A stretch of 63,056 nucleotides of DNA, filler included, from Craspedostauros australis (GCA_030167865.1; 7 parts of 7 records of this genome joined end to end with filler, not necessarily neighbours in it), one strand, 5' to 3'; counted from the first letter of the whole stretch, positions 12,515 through 24,179 are shown. The notes: a model not told the origin generated them from the letters alone. Numbers and translations are program-made.

Positions 12515-12983
12515 GTTGGTTTTCGTGTGTGGAAGTACGATATGGTACCACGTAGTCGGAGCAGGATGTGGAAGTTGTCATGGGAGGCGATCACTGAGTG
12601 ATCCTCCGGTTTCCGTTCATCCTCATGGATCATGAGTAATGGAACATCATTAATAACAACACCAGCAGCTCGCATCTGATTTGGGCACAATAACGGGTGC
12701 TCAAAACGAGGAAAGTAGATCGATTGCGGAAAGAAAAGAACATTGTTTGGTATGTAACGGGATCATCATATGCTATCGCTGCCGTGACGATTGGCACGTT
12801 ATCGATGTTCCCAAGTTAGCCAATATATGGGGTTGCAGTCACAGTCTGGTTCGTGGTGTGCACAATATACGCTGTGTTGCCAAAGCAACATGTGTCAGCA
12901 TGCGAGTCAAGCTCTGCTTGCGGTGTGTCAGGTGATGGGGTATGACTGACAGATGTGATCTGTCGGTTCCCACCATGCCACGA

Positions 12984-14465
12984 TCAGGAGCGGTTGTTTT
13001 GGTTACGACGAGACATCATGGAGCCAATACCAGCCGTTTGGTTTGTACCAGTGTTGTTGTTCTGGTTTGGTGGGGTTGGAGGCCCATAGTGGCCATCTGT
13101 GTCCTCTCGCGGGCGTTTGGGTGGACTGCCCCGGCCAACAGACATCACACCGCGACGTTTGTCACGTGCGCTGCGCAACTCCAATGCGCGTGCCTTTTGG
13201 GCGGACGATATGACTGCCCACTCCTCAGGAAGATAGTGACAGTCGGTGATGACCATGTTGGGATTGTATTGTTTGGTCCGTCCTTGATCTCCACGTCCTG
13301 GTTTGTTGGCTCGGTAATGACCGCCTCGATCGCCGCTGTTGTTGTTACGCCCCATGGACGAGATATGACGAGTGGGAGTCGATGCCTGTTTTCGGCCGAT
13401 CACTTCGCTGAGTGCGTTCACGGTGGTGGGGAAGCTGGTACGGATGCTTTCGTTGAGCATGATAGCGTCACACGCGGTGGTTAGGTGTGGCACACGAATG
13501 CCATGCATCAGGTGACGGACTTTGGCGTCCTCGACAAGCAGTTCACCACATGCAGCCATGTCTTCGAAGGCAGAGTTCAGGCGTTGGGTGTATGTTTCGA
13601 ATGTGAAGTTGCGTGACTTGCCTTCGTAGAAGGTGTTGTTGATGACGCTGGTTGCAGTTGCCTTGGTTCGGACCTGGTATGAGTCGCCGCGGCAATGCTC
13701 TTGGAGTGTAAGATACACGGCACGTCCATCTTGGGACCGCTCGTTGCCTTGCACCCAGTTCCATGCTGGACCACCATGAGTCACATGGCAGATGACCTGC
13801 CACACAGCAGCATTTTTGGCCTTATGTTTGAGGCCTGTGAGCGCAACTCTGTCAATCAATTCCTTCTTGAGGGACAGAGTGCTGAATGGGGTATTGACAG
13901 CTGGTGTTCTGTTCTCTGGCTTTAGTGGGTTCTCGCGGATGATGTATGACAAGGGCGTGTCGATCGCCCCAAGTGTATTCTCAAGGTAGTTGGCGATGTC
14001 CTCGAGGGTCTCGCGGACATTGTCCACATGGGTGAGGGGCTCGGTCAGGTCCATGGATGGTGAGTCCTTTGTGCGGACTTCCTCTTCGAAAAGGGACCAG
14101 AGGGCGTTGAGACGTTCCATCGGCACTTCGGCAGCCAAGAAAGAATGCTGGATACGATCGAAGTGGAATTGTGCGTAACGGAGCTTTCGGAGCTTTAGTT
14201 CATGCATCCATCCGATGGTGACGCCAGGGCCCTTGATTTGCGCCGGCGTAGTGGAGCGGTTTCCCAATGTTTGGGCTGGGTTGGTGACGAGACCGCTTCC
14301 TTTACGGATACGGTCGCAAAGATTTTGCAGGTCATCATCGGAGAACATCAGAAGGTCGTCGAATGTATTCAACCCCTGTACGCTGAACGCCTTGCCAATG
14401 TCGGCTTTGGTAAAGCTCATGGTGTTGGTGAGGTAGTTGCAAATCTCGTTGCTTTTGGTCAACAT
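12984..14465 (-). CDS. Copia Gag (493 aa)
   Basis: Open ORF with PLSYIIR, AWNWV..DGR and YEGKSRNFTFETY motifs, directly upstream of and in frame with the protease motif. Confidence 0.85.
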   Translation of the reverse strand: MLTKSNEICNYLTNTMSFTKADIGKAFSVQGLNTFDDLLMFSDDDLQNLCDRIRKGSGLVTNPAQTLGNRSTTPAQIKGPGVTIGWMHELKLRKLRYAQFHFDRIQHSFLAAEVPMERLNALWSLFEEEVRTKDSPSMDLTEPLTHVDNVRETLEDIANYLENTLGAIDTPLSYIIRENPLKPENRTPAVNTPFSTLSLKKELIDRVALTGLKHKAKNAAVWQVICHVTHGGPAWNWVQGNERSQDGRAVYLTLQEHCRGDSYQVRTKATATSVINNTFYEGKSRNFTFETYTQRLNSAFEDMAACGELLVEDAKVRHLMHGIRVPHLTTACDAIMLNESIRTSFPTTVNALSEVIGRKQASTPTRHISSMGRNNNSGDRGGHYRANKPGRGDQGRTKQYNPNMVITDCHYLPEEWAVISSAQKARALELRSARDKRRGVMSVGRGSPPKRPREDTDGHYGPPTPPNQNNNTGTNQTAGIGSMMSRRNQNNRS

Positions 14466-14672
14466 GACGGTGTCGTTCTTGTTCAGAGTGTTGTTGGAGT
14501 GCAGAAGTCAAAAGGGAAACAAGACACAGGATTGTGACAGAAATCTCCGCTGGGACAGGGCGTGCTTCGTCGTGTGAGTTTTGCGGCGTGTGTGTGTCGA
14601 TGTTTCGATCCACGTTGAGAAGCACGGATGTGGCGACAAGGTACACGATCTTTCACTCAGTACGAGCACATG

Positions 14673-15792
14673 TATCAGCACACTGCTATACACACCTAAA
14701 TTAGAACGTGGATGTACCACCAATCCTTCTTTCCTCCTGTGACGTCATTGTATCCATGTGTGCATCAGTGCACTTCTGTGAACATTGTATCACAGTTGCA
14801 TTTACCGCAACTCTTGAAACCGAAACAAACACCACATCAACATGGACCAAGCCCAAGAAACCAACATGAGATACTTGAATCACAATGATGATACCATATC
14901 CAGTATGTTTATCTCTATATACAAGGTATGAGAGTTACACCAGTGATTCCCCTACTCCCTTACAATTGGCATGATTGACGAGAAGAGGGCCTGTCACAAT
15001 TCACTGCCATGTCGATGGTATCCCAGTGAAAAAGAAGAACCCAGAAGGACAGACTTCGCCACCAAAACCCATGAACACGCTTCGATACATTTTTCGTCAC
15101 ATGTTCATCGGAACGAAATCCACCTCGTGCTTTCCTACTCACATCAATAATCCATCATTCTCCATTTCCATCACATTCATCACAAGCAAACCACGTACAT
15201 CACACTAAAAAACAATCACAAGTTACAAATCATCCATTATCATCTCACAATACCCACCCACTCCATACTCAGAGACAACAATCATATACAACACTATCAT
15301 TATAACACAACACAAACACAACAAACAACCCACCTCACCCTTCTATTTTGATTTGATCACCCAAAAATGAAGCTGTGTGGCAACAATCCCAACTAACCGA
15401 ATTGCAATCTAACAGATCAGATGACCAAAGGGCATCAAGATCATGGATACAAGAGGTGAAGTTCAAATGAAAAGTACTTGTGGAGTAGGAACCAGTAGTG
15501 AATAAACAAAGTGTCAAATGCAGAGTATGCATTGAACGTGGAGTGTTGTGTTGCTCAAGCACACAATAGTGAGAGAGAGAGAATATGAAGAGCAGTGAGA
15601 GAGCATCTCACATGCCGCCTCATAGTCAGATGACCCAATCTACAAGACAAACAAACATGCCAAGAGCATTGGGCAAGAGAACGGACACCAAGAGGATCAG
15701 AGTGCCAACATAATGAAATAGCAAACGAATGACTATCAACCAACACTGTCTTCCACGATCATAGGCTTCCGTGAGCGGAACTTGCCAACAAA
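14673..15792 (+). mobile_element. Degenerate family-B-related repeat that truncates the copia 5' region
   Basis: Starts TATCAGCACACTGCT, resembling the minus-strand start of 8784-9312 (TATTAGCACACTGCT). 15414-15792 is homologous to 1226-1610. The right boundary is unresolved and the interval may be composite. Confidence 0.5.
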
Positions 15793-16802
15793 CGAAATGA
15801 ATTAGTGGACAGAATTGTATCAACCATCGCTTTCTTCCGGAATCGCAAGAGTATCCATGAGCAGAACTTGTCAATAGCCTCACTTGCCCATCAACCAATA
15901 ATCCCATGGCAGTTCCACCTTTGTGATTGGGTTTTGCATTGGATTGCTGGTTGTTTCAGTTCCGTTGATGCCGTTCGACGACTCTTGACAAGGTTTGGCA
16001 TGCTTCTCCATTGTTGTCTTAGTAGTATTGTGCTGAGTTTGGTGTTTGCAGCCAGCTTTTTATGTTGGGGGACGTGGAGAGTACCCAGATTGATACCACA
16101 TGTACGCAAGGAGCAAGGCACAAAACACTTTTTGAGTATTCCAGCCACGCAACCATTCCATCACAACAAAACATAGCTGATGATGTTTGACAATGTGTTG
16201 TGATTGGTGTTTCACCACATAGGATCCGTTCCCCATGATGTCGAAGACATATTGGAGAGACAGCATGAAGTAGCTCTAAATACACAAGCGCCGTTACTCC
16301 CAACAGCAACCAGTTTGGAGCAAACCAGTGTACAAAGCGGGCCAAAACTCTGCAACTAGTGCTATCGTGACTTCATTCTCTGCGATATGCATTTGGTACA
16401 CGTTGTTTCTTCCCTGCCTGAATGGATGAAGAATGCTACAGCAAGGTATCACGCAAACGACTGCTCTCTGTCTATCTTCGGTTGCTTTAGACTTCCTCGA
16501 AACCCGCACTCGTTCTGTCTGTCCACCCATCCGTCCATGGACCCCAATCAATCGAAAGTGAGCGGATGTGGCCAACGAAATGCCAAAAACTGGAGACACA
16601 ACAAACAACCCTTGCGATTGGCACGGCACAACACAATGCAGGTCCAGGCAACCGCAGCACGCCATAGCCATCACCATTGCCATCGATGCACATCATCGCA
16701 ATTGCTGTCGTTACCACCACTGCAACTACCGCTGTAACCACCACACAATAACGTCGACACTTGAAGCAACCGAAACAACAACAAAAAGAAGAAGATTGAA
16801 GA

Positions 16803-17480
16803 ATGGCCGACGCAATGGAAACCGATGACAGCGCAGGCACGATCGCGGCGCCATCCATCCGCGGAGGATTGAACCCCGAAGCCGCCCGCCTATTCCGAGT
16901 GTTCCGAACGATATCGAACATGCTGGACAAGCGCGGGTACATGGTCCCGCGAGATCTGCGCGAGATGACGCCGGCGTCGTTCAAGGCGAGGTTCGGGGAC
17001 TCGCCCGGCAGAGAGTCGCTGACGATCCTGGTCGAGAAGGCCGATGACGAGAGCAACCAGCTCTTCGTCTTCTTTCCGGAGGATGAGAAGCTCGGAGTGA
17101 AACCCATCAAGGTGTACATCGACCGCATGAAGTCGGAGTCCGTCACGAACGCCGTCATGGTGCTCAAGGTGGACATCACGCCGTTCGCCAAGCAGGCCCT
17201 GCAGGAGCTCAGCGACAGCTTTCGGATCGAACATTTCAAGGAGACGGAGCTTTTGGTGGACATCACGCAGCACCAGTTGGTGCCGGAGCATCAGGTGCTC
17301 ACCCCCAACGAGAAGGCGGAGCTTCTCAAACGATACAGACTGAAGGAGACGCAGCTGCCGCGCATCCAGACCAACGATCCGGTCGCCAGATACTTTGGTA
17401 TGAAACGTGGGGAGGTCGTCAAGATCATTCGTCCTTCCGAAACAGCTGGGCGTTACGTCACGTATCGAGTTTGCATGTAG
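16803..17480 (+). CDS. RPB5: DNA-directed RNA polymerases I/II/III subunit RPABC1 (Rpb5)
   Basis: 225-aa intronless ORF with ELLVDITQHQLVPEHQVL and QLPRIQTNDPVARYFGMKRGEVVKIIRPSETAGRYVTYR. Confidence 0.98.
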   Translation: MADAMETDDSAGTIAAPSIRGGLNPEAARLFRVFRTISNMLDKRGYMVPRDLREMTPASFKARFGDSPGRESLTILVEKADDESNQLFVFFPEDEKLGVKPIKVYIDRMKSESVTNAVMVLKVDITPFAKQALQELSDSFRIEHFKETELLVDITQHQLVPEHQVLTPNEKAELLKRYRLKETQLPRIQTNDPVARYFGMKRGEVVKIIRPSETAGRYVTYRVCM

Positions 17481-17525
17481 AGTAGGGATGGATTGGAATG
17501 GATTCATGGACGAATGCACTGATTC

Positions 17526-17626
17526 ATGGATGGATGGATGGATGGATGAATGGATGAATGAATGACAAGATTGATGAATGGCTGGATGGATGGAGACATG
17601 GGTGGGCAGATGGATGGATGGATGGA
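17526..17626. repeat. Imperfect (ATGG)n microsatellite
   Basis: Visible ATGG/ATGA tandem runs just 3' of RPB5. Confidence 0.85.
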
Positions 17627-18319
17627 AGCAGCAATGGTTTGGGAATGAAATCAGGCATCAAATCCACATCGCTATGTGTATGGCATGTACGAGTACTAAT
17701 ATGCATGGCACTGGTGTCTCTTCTTATCGCAGAGCAAGACAAAGAGACGGCAGAAATAGGGTCAACAACAGCAGCATGAGAAGGAGAAGACGCAACCCAA
17801 ACATCAGTTATTCATTGAATGAATCCATGTCACCCTCTGCATAGCATAGCACTCGCACCTCGTATTTGTACTTGTACTTGTACGAGCTTGTATGAATAGT
17901 CTCAATCTTGTGCAGATGTCAACCAGCAGATGGACAAGATCACCAGATCCTTCCCGCAATTTCCGCGCCGGTTAGTGCCGAGATCACGAATAATGGGACT
18001 ATCTTAGTTCTCTAGCCTCAACAACAAGAAAGGCGAAAATCTCGAAACAGCAACCAAAGACGAGTTTCTGTTGTTGCGCACATCATGGCAGTGATCGCAG
18101 AGGAGCACACAAAGAGAGGCGAACATAACCCATCAACCCAACCAAACACAACGACAGCCAAGGCTGGTCCTTCGACGAAAGTCCATTTCGCAGTCCGCAG
18201 AATCCTGGTTGGGGAGTGTCCATTCAGCCCAACTCAACTCAACTCAACTCGACAAATACGAGTCAATCGCATTGCATTGCATTGCATTGCATTGCATCGC
18301 AAAGGAAAGGAAAGGAACG

Positions 18320-19498
18320 ATGACGAAGGTGCAGGGCGATGGAGGCGGCAAAGCCAAGTCGAAAGGCAAGAGCGATGGCAAACATGGCGGGGACACGGAA
18401 GGTGGATACACGTACGCCATCCACCCATCGTCCAAGTGGTTGGAACCCGCCCGAGAAGACGAGATCTCCATGTTCGAGGTCTTCCGCACGCCCAGAAAGA
18501 TCGAGAACTTGGACCGCCGCATCCGGGCCTCGCTGGAGCTGCTCAACACGGAATTCCGCTGTGCCATCTGCCTCGGCTACCTCAAGGACACAACGGCCGT
18601 GCGCAACTGCTTGCATCGCTTCTGCGGGGAATGCATCCACAAGTGCGTCCGGATGGGGCTCAAGGAATGCCCCAGCTGCCGCAAGCCCATCGCCTCGCGT
18701 CGCGCGCTGAAGGCGGACACCAAGTTCGATGCCATCGTCAAGCACGTTCTGGGCAGCGACGCCATCGAGGAGGAATCCACGGAGAGCCTGCAGTCGCAGC
18801 AGGATGCGCTCAAGATGGTGCATCTGCAGCGCGCCATTCAACGCAAGCGGAGCCTCCTGGATCAGCAGCGCAAGAACGGCGGGCATGCCAGCAAGAAGGC
18901 AAAGTCGCCCAAGCCTGCGCCCGTCGAGGAAGCGCCCATCGTGATGCGGCCGGAACGAACCGTGCTAAAGACCTCACCTCTCATCGAAATCGAATTGCGT
19001 CGGCATCCCACGGAAACGAAGGTGGATGCCCTCGACAAGGCGTTCCTGACGCTGCGTGCTGATTGCAAGGTGTCCTTCCTGAGGAAGTTCCTGGCGAAGA
19101 AGCTCGTCGACTGTGACTACCAGATCGTGTCGACGATTGATGACAACGTCTACGTCCTGCATGACGAGATGTCGATGCTGCAGGCGCAGGATATTGTTCG
19201 TCAGGAGGGTGCAACAGTGCTCAAGTATCGTTGCATCTCGCCCCGGACCAACTTCATGGCAGATACCGACGCGGAGCCTTGTGAGGAACGGGCAGGAATG
19301 ACTGTCGCTGCTGCAACGTACATGGACTCAGCGACGGCAGGAGGTCACGAAGACGTTGGCATGGTGCAACGATCCCTGTCTCCGCCCCAAAATGAAATAC
19401 CAGTGCTCCAGTCGCTCGAGGCAGAGCTGGAGACGGCGTTCTCGTTCCGAACAAGACCAAGGGCAGCATCGACACAAAAGCGTGATGCTTCGAGGTAG
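18320..19498 (+). CDS. RING1: RING1/RNF2-like E3 ubiquitin ligase (PRC1 catalytic subunit homolog)
   Basis: C3HC4 RING CAIC..CLHRFCGECI..KECPSCRKPIASRRALKADTKFDAIV plus a RAWUL-like segment IEIELRRHP..VSFLRKFLAKKL. ATG at 18320. A possible intron from ~19495 to 19580 would extend the CDS to ~19678. Confidence 0.85.
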   Translation: MTKVQGDGGGKAKSKGKSDGKHGGDTEGGYTYAIHPSSKWLEPAREDEISMFEVFRTPRKIENLDRRIRASLELLNTEFRCAICLGYLKDTTAVRNCLHRFCGECIHKCVRMGLKECPSCRKPIASRRALKADTKFDAIVKHVLGSDAIEEESTESLQSQQDALKMVHLQRAIQRKRSLLDQQRKNGGHASKKAKSPKPAPVEEAPIVMRPERTVLKTSPLIEIELRRHPTETKVDALDKAFLTLRADCKVSFLRKFLAKKLVDCDYQIVSTIDDNVYVLHDEMSMLQAQDIVRQEGATVLKYRCISPRTNFMADTDAEPCEERAGMTVAAATYMDSATAGGHEDVGMVQRSLSPPQNEIPVLQSLEAELETAFSFRTRPRAASTQKRDASR

Positions 19499-20344
19499 GG
19501 GAGGGGAGAATAGAGCAGAGCAATCTACAATCTCTCTCTCTCTCTGCTTACATATACACCTATATTGGACTCTCTTCAAGGATGGTCGTTTCGGAGGTGG
19601 GCAAGATGGAGAGCCACCACAACGCCAAAGCACCTGCGACATCCGAAGCAAGAGATTCTCCGACTCCCGGACCCTGAATGGGAAAACTACCAGTCACGCA
19701 TCAGACGCGATTGAGGAGGATGTCAAATGACCAACGTGAGCAAAAGGGACATTCTGATCGAGCCGTTATTTTCGGTTATCTGGTCGTATCTTGACCGAGA
19801 AAATGGACACAACTGAGGGTCATCAGGAGATCTTGTTCCTGGGAGTCTTGTGTTGCGACTCCTCGCGTTCTCTTCCCTTCTTGACCGGATGTGTGGGGTC
19901 TTGGTTGACGATCGATTGATGGAGAGCGAGAGGGCAACCTGGATGAGTGGCAGAAAGGAGAAACAGTCGACGTCCCCTCTCCTCTCGAGATCCTCTTGGC
20001 TTCGTTCTCTTGCGGTTGCACCGAGAGAAGCGGAGGCAAGCAAATTGAAACGAAACCGCCGCTGTTACTGCTGCACCTGCATGTGTGCATGCACTGGATG
20101 TGCCATCAACAACAGCAGAGAGCAACAGCGATACCTTCTGTGGTCAATCAACCTCTGACAACACACACGCACACACACGCATACACAAGCATACGCATTC
20201 TCGTTGACGCTCTTCGCAACCATCATCAATCACGACATCGACGACAAGGATTCGCTGGGCCCAACTTGATACAACGCAGCACAACGCAGTGCAGCACATC
20301 ATTCCATTTCGGACGACAACCATTGCCACAAGCACCAAACCAGC

Positions 20345-22126
20345 ATGGGCGGCGGTGAAATCTCCTCCAGCGAGCACCTGGGCGTGCTGCTGCAGGCCTA
20401 CCAGTACGCGGAGAAAATACACACGCAATGCGTGACGGATGTGGTGAATGCCGAGATACGCAGGGACGAGGCGGAGGATGCCAAGAAGATTGCGTTCGAC
20501 AGGTTGGAGCAGGCGAGGGAGCGATTCGCATCGTCCAGCAGACGCAAGAGCCTCACGAATGGCACCACGGCCACCGAGCTCAGGTCGAGGGACGAGGCCA
20601 CGCAGAGCACGGTCCCCAGCCTCAAGCCCAACCGCTTCCATTCGCCGAAGAAGTCCTTCGGCGTCCCCAAGGAGGTGGGCCCGGGCACATCGGTGCACAG
20701 CATGCTCAGCACCAACACGCATGCCACTCAGGCCAGCCATGCCACGCAGGCAACTGCCGATACCGGCAAAGGCACCGCGAAGACAAGGTCAGGATCGCCC
20801 AAGGGCACGAGGGCGAGCCTCAAGCAATCCTTGAAGAAGGCAGCCCAGAAGCAACCGCAGAAGAAGCCCAGCTCCGCCAAGTCAATGGATTCGACGACCA
20901 TGTCATTCGCAAACCAGAGCGTGGCCGACGAAAACAAGAGGCGTGACAAATCGATTAGTCCCAAAAGGCTGAGTCAAGGTTACAGGAGGCCTTCGGAGAT
21001 CAAGCTCACTTCGCCGACACCATCAGTCACGTCTGTCACCAAAGACAAGCAATCAGGCAGCGACAAATCCAAGCAGCCGCAATCGTCACCTTCGCCGCAG
21101 CAACAACAGCAGAAGAAGCCAGTCAATATGTTCAAGAAGATGGCACAGGCTAACATGACGTCGCCAAAGCCGGCAGATCCAAATTTGCCACCAGCGTTTC
21201 GAAAGAGCAGCGTGGACGAGACGCAGCTGCCAAAGCCGCCGCTGGAGATCAAATCGCCCGCGAAAGCCGCCAAGGAGGGCTTGGCCGAAAGGCTCAACGG
21301 AGGCGCGAGCAAATCGGGCAAGAATGGAGGCAAAGCGGCAAGCCCCAGCAAGGCTCCAGCCAAGAACACAGACGCCAGTACGGTCGCCAGCGCACCTTCC
21401 GGCACGTACGCGAAGCCGAAGTCAAACTCGAGCTTGGTTTCTTCCAACACGCAGGTGCCGTCTCTGTTCTCGCCCACTCCGACGGGGCCAGGCTCCAAGC
21501 GATCGTTGAAGCAGGTCCTGACGCGACGTTCCAGCATGGGCTACGAAAAGCTCAATCCGGCAACGAAGGTCTTCGACATTTCCAAGGGCCGCACCGCCGA
21601 GTGGATGCAGAACAACCTGGACTGCGAACGGCTGGGTCTGGTCAAGAACTTCTTCCACGCGTCCTTCGGAACGAGGACCAGCGACAAGACGCAGAAGGTC
21701 CGGGTCTTCACGTTGGTGATCAACGATGAAAATCATGACATTGTCACGACCTGCGGTGAGCTGCTTGACTTTTACATCTCCATCAACACTGGCAGCAGCA
21801 GCAACAACAACAGCAGTGGTGCGGGCTCCAAGCCCAGCCTTCGAGACCGGGCCGCAGAGGCGCTCGTCACGCCGCCGCAGAAGGAGCCTATCGCGATCTT
21901 CGCCCTGCCGAAGAACGCCATGCAAACCTCCGATATTTACTACATCGGTCATTGGAAGGTGTCGGATGGCAAGAAGCTGATCCCACCGAAGCAGATCAAG
22001 GGACAGGCGAGGCAAACGCACGTCAAATTTCAATTCATCGGCGTGGACTCCGCCCTCGTGCGGGCGATGAACGGCCCGAGCGACAAGAACACCTCCATTG
22101 CGGAAGAAGAAGAGTCCAAGAGCTAG
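20345..22126 (+). CDS. Hypothetical protein (593 aa): long disordered Ser/Lys/Pro region plus a C-terminal globular domain
   Basis: Long ORF from an ATG with GC3-rich coding-like codon use; no family recognised. Confidence 0.8.
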   Translation: MGGGEISSSEHLGVLLQAYQYAEKIHTQCVTDVVNAEIRRDEAEDAKKIAFDRLEQARERFASSSRRKSLTNGTTATELRSRDEATQSTVPSLKPNRFHSPKKSFGVPKEVGPGTSVHSMLSTNTHATQASHATQATADTGKGTAKTRSGSPKGTRASLKQSLKKAAQKQPQKKPSSAKSMDSTTMSFANQSVADENKRRDKSISPKRLSQGYRRPSEIKLTSPTPSVTSVTKDKQSGSDKSKQPQSSPSPQQQQQKKPVNMFKKMAQANMTSPKPADPNLPPAFRKSSVDETQLPKPPLEIKSPAKAAKEGLAERLNGGASKSGKNGGKAASPSKAPAKNTDASTVASAPSGTYAKPKSNSSLVSSNTQVPSLFSPTPTGPGSKRSLKQVLTRRSSMGYEKLNPATKVFDISKGRTAEWMQNNLDCERLGLVKNFFHASFGTRTSDKTQKVRVFTLVINDENHDIVTTCGELLDFYISINTGSSSNNNSSGAGSKPSLRDRAAEALVTPPQKEPIAIFALPKNAMQTSDIYYIGHWKVSDGKKLIPPKQIKGQARQTHVKFQFIGVDSALVRAMNGPSDKNTSIAEEEESKS

Positions 22127-22797
22127 ACACACAGACCGAAATTGAGGCGATGGCAATGCGAATGCGCCGGCAGGCCATCATGATTCCAGCTGCAGTTGAA
22201 GTTGCAGTTGGGAACATGGCAGCCGCGATCCTTTTCTGCTGTGCTCGCGCACGAGCAAGTCCATTGCGGGCCCGCGCTACGATCACAACGTCGCTCCATT
22301 CACCGTTCGTTCCTGCGTGTCAATAAGACGTTGGTGTGCGGCAGCCCCATATCGACAGCAATCATTTCAAAAATCATCAGCACATGTAGTTAACAATGTC
22401 GATGAGTTTCATAAGCATAATATACGAAAACAACACTACTCTACATGCTACTGTCTCTCGAGATGTTGAGAGTGCTGCTGTGAATACGGGTAGTTGAATA
22501 CTCTCGAGTATGTGCCTTGACTGCAACTTGTCTGCTCAAATCATTAGTGGGTTGTTGCCGTGTCGTGATGTCGCTGTTTCGCCGTGAATGGAAGGTGTGG
22601 AGATCGTCCGATACCAGATCCGATATCAGATCCAGCCCCATACTCCTTCCCACCTTGCATGCTGTCTCTCTCTAGAGAGAGAATTCCCGTTTCCAACGAA
22701 TGCAATGGAATATGATGCGATGCAATGATATTCAATGTGATGTGATTGAGTAGCCTGCCGTCACCATATCCACCTGAGGCATCATACTTTCCACACT

Positions 22798-23259
22798 TCA
22801 CTTGGTGGGACGCTTGCGCTTGCCGAATCGCGATTTCTTCGCTCGTCTCGCAACATTGGAGCATGGTCTCTTGCCCTTGTTGGCGCGCTTTGCAGGTCTG
22901 GCGTTGCGATTCATCATTTGCAAGACGCCAGCAGTATTGTCGTTGCTGTTCATGATAGGCGCGTTGTTGTTGATGACATCCGTGCCGATGGTGCGAAACT
23001 TGAGAAGCGCATCATCGAAGGGACGACGATCCAATGCTTGCATGGGCGACGTCTTCATGTCGTGATTGTTGGTATCATTGGCATTCCACACAGTTTGGAT
23101 GCGTTCCGCCAACTGCTCCATGGCAAATGATGATGCGACTGGGGCAGATGCCGCGGCGGAGGTCTGCGTGCTGTAGGAAGCCGTGACGACGCGCGGAGCG
23201 ACGGACAGTTGACGTGATGCCAATCTTCTGCCGAAGTTGCTGCAAGCTGAATGAAACAT
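22798..23259 (-). CDS. Small, probably mitochondrial protein with a highly basic C-terminal peptide (153 aa); possibly mitoribosomal
   Basis: Presequence-like start MFHSACSNFGRRLASRQLSVAPR; C-terminus MNRNARPAKRANKGKRPCSNVARRAKKSRFGKRKRPTK. Confidence 0.7.
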   Translation of the reverse strand: MFHSACSNFGRRLASRQLSVAPRVVTASYSTQTSAAASAPVASSFAMEQLAERIQTVWNANDTNNHDMKTSPMQALDRRPFDDALLKFRTIGTDVINNNAPIMNSNDNTAGVLQMMNRNARPAKRANKGKRPCSNVARRAKKSRFGKRKRPTK

Positions 23260-23291
23260 GATTCTGAGTTTGATTTGTGACAAGTTGTGTT

Positions 23292-23332
<41 letters not shown>

Positions 23333-23870
23333 GTCTCCTTCGACGTGTGCTCGAGATCAAGATGGATTGTGCCAAGACGCAAGCAGAAGATGGCGCATCA
23401 AAGGAGATGGCAAAGTGCTCGCACGGAGACTCGAGCTTCGTTGATGATGCCCATCCGCGATGATTTCGTGGTTGTGATTGGGGGTCATCCATTTTGTGTC
23501 ATTCTTCGTGTTTTGCGCGTTGTATTGGATCGAAGGAGTCGGGCATCATTTATTCGTGGATCATGTGCAGTCACGTGTTTCGATTCGTGTTGTCATTTTG
23601 AGTTCTTTTCGATTTTCGGCGGCAGCTGGGACACCCGGCAAGTCCATTGAAATGTTCGTCGTTTGACTCATTTGACCAAAGAGATGAATCGAGGCTGTTT
23701 AATCGAATTAGTCTTTCCTCCACAACCTGTGTCGTTGCATTGGCTGAAAATGACCTATTGATGTCGTACCGTTAAGTATTATATTTAACGAGATCGTCTA
23801 TTGGTGTCCAATGACCGCCGTTGTGANNNNNNNNNNNNNNNNNNNNNNNNNNNNNNNNNNNNNNNNNNNN

Positions 23871-23882
23871 TTAATTAATTAA
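23871..23882. other. Artificial scaffold spacer (also at 31686-31697, 40432-40443, 43697-43708, 53532-53543, 55289-55300)
   Basis: TTAATTAATTAA, which gives stops in all six frames, centred in N runs; six identical occurrences. Confidence 0.97.
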
Positions 23883-24179
23883 NNNNNNNNNNNNNNNNNN
23901 NNNNNNNNNNNNNNNNNNNNNNNNNNCGGAGTACTACTCCACCACTGGTAAGCGTCTCCGCTTCATGGTGGAAGCCATGGTGCTTGAGACAGGGCTGCCA
24001 GAGGTGTGGCCGTGCTACCCTAGTGGAATGGAGCATCTCTACACTTCCACATTGTCTACCCGGACGCAGGAAAATGCGTGGCAGGCTGACATGCGTATGT
24101 AGGTCTCCATTTCCCCTCTCCAACCGCCAAGACAGAACAACCAACTCATTAGGGATGTAATCCTCCTAGTAGAATACTC

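Larger units (their letters stand above)
7561..14672 (-). mobile_element. Degenerate Ty1/copia (CoDi-like) LTR retrotransposon, host to nested insertions
   Basis: Order is gag, protease (ELDSHADTCC), integrase, RT (RKARLVVGGH, ALYGLKSSG, YTDD), RNase H (FVDSDHA, ETSTFGSEF, NLADMLTK). PPT-like GAGGGGA at 7660-7666. Carries stops and frameshifts; a matching LTR pair was not found. Confidence 0.93.

Noticed and set aside
14673..14868. Candidate TSD ACATG closing a short insert at 14839 or 14863
   Set aside because: There are two equally good matches, and the host copia sequence does not visibly resume after either.
16487..22156. Long antisense and overlapping ORFs over RPB5, RING1 and the 593-aa gene
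   Set aside because: Expected shadow ORFs of GC3-rich coding sequence.
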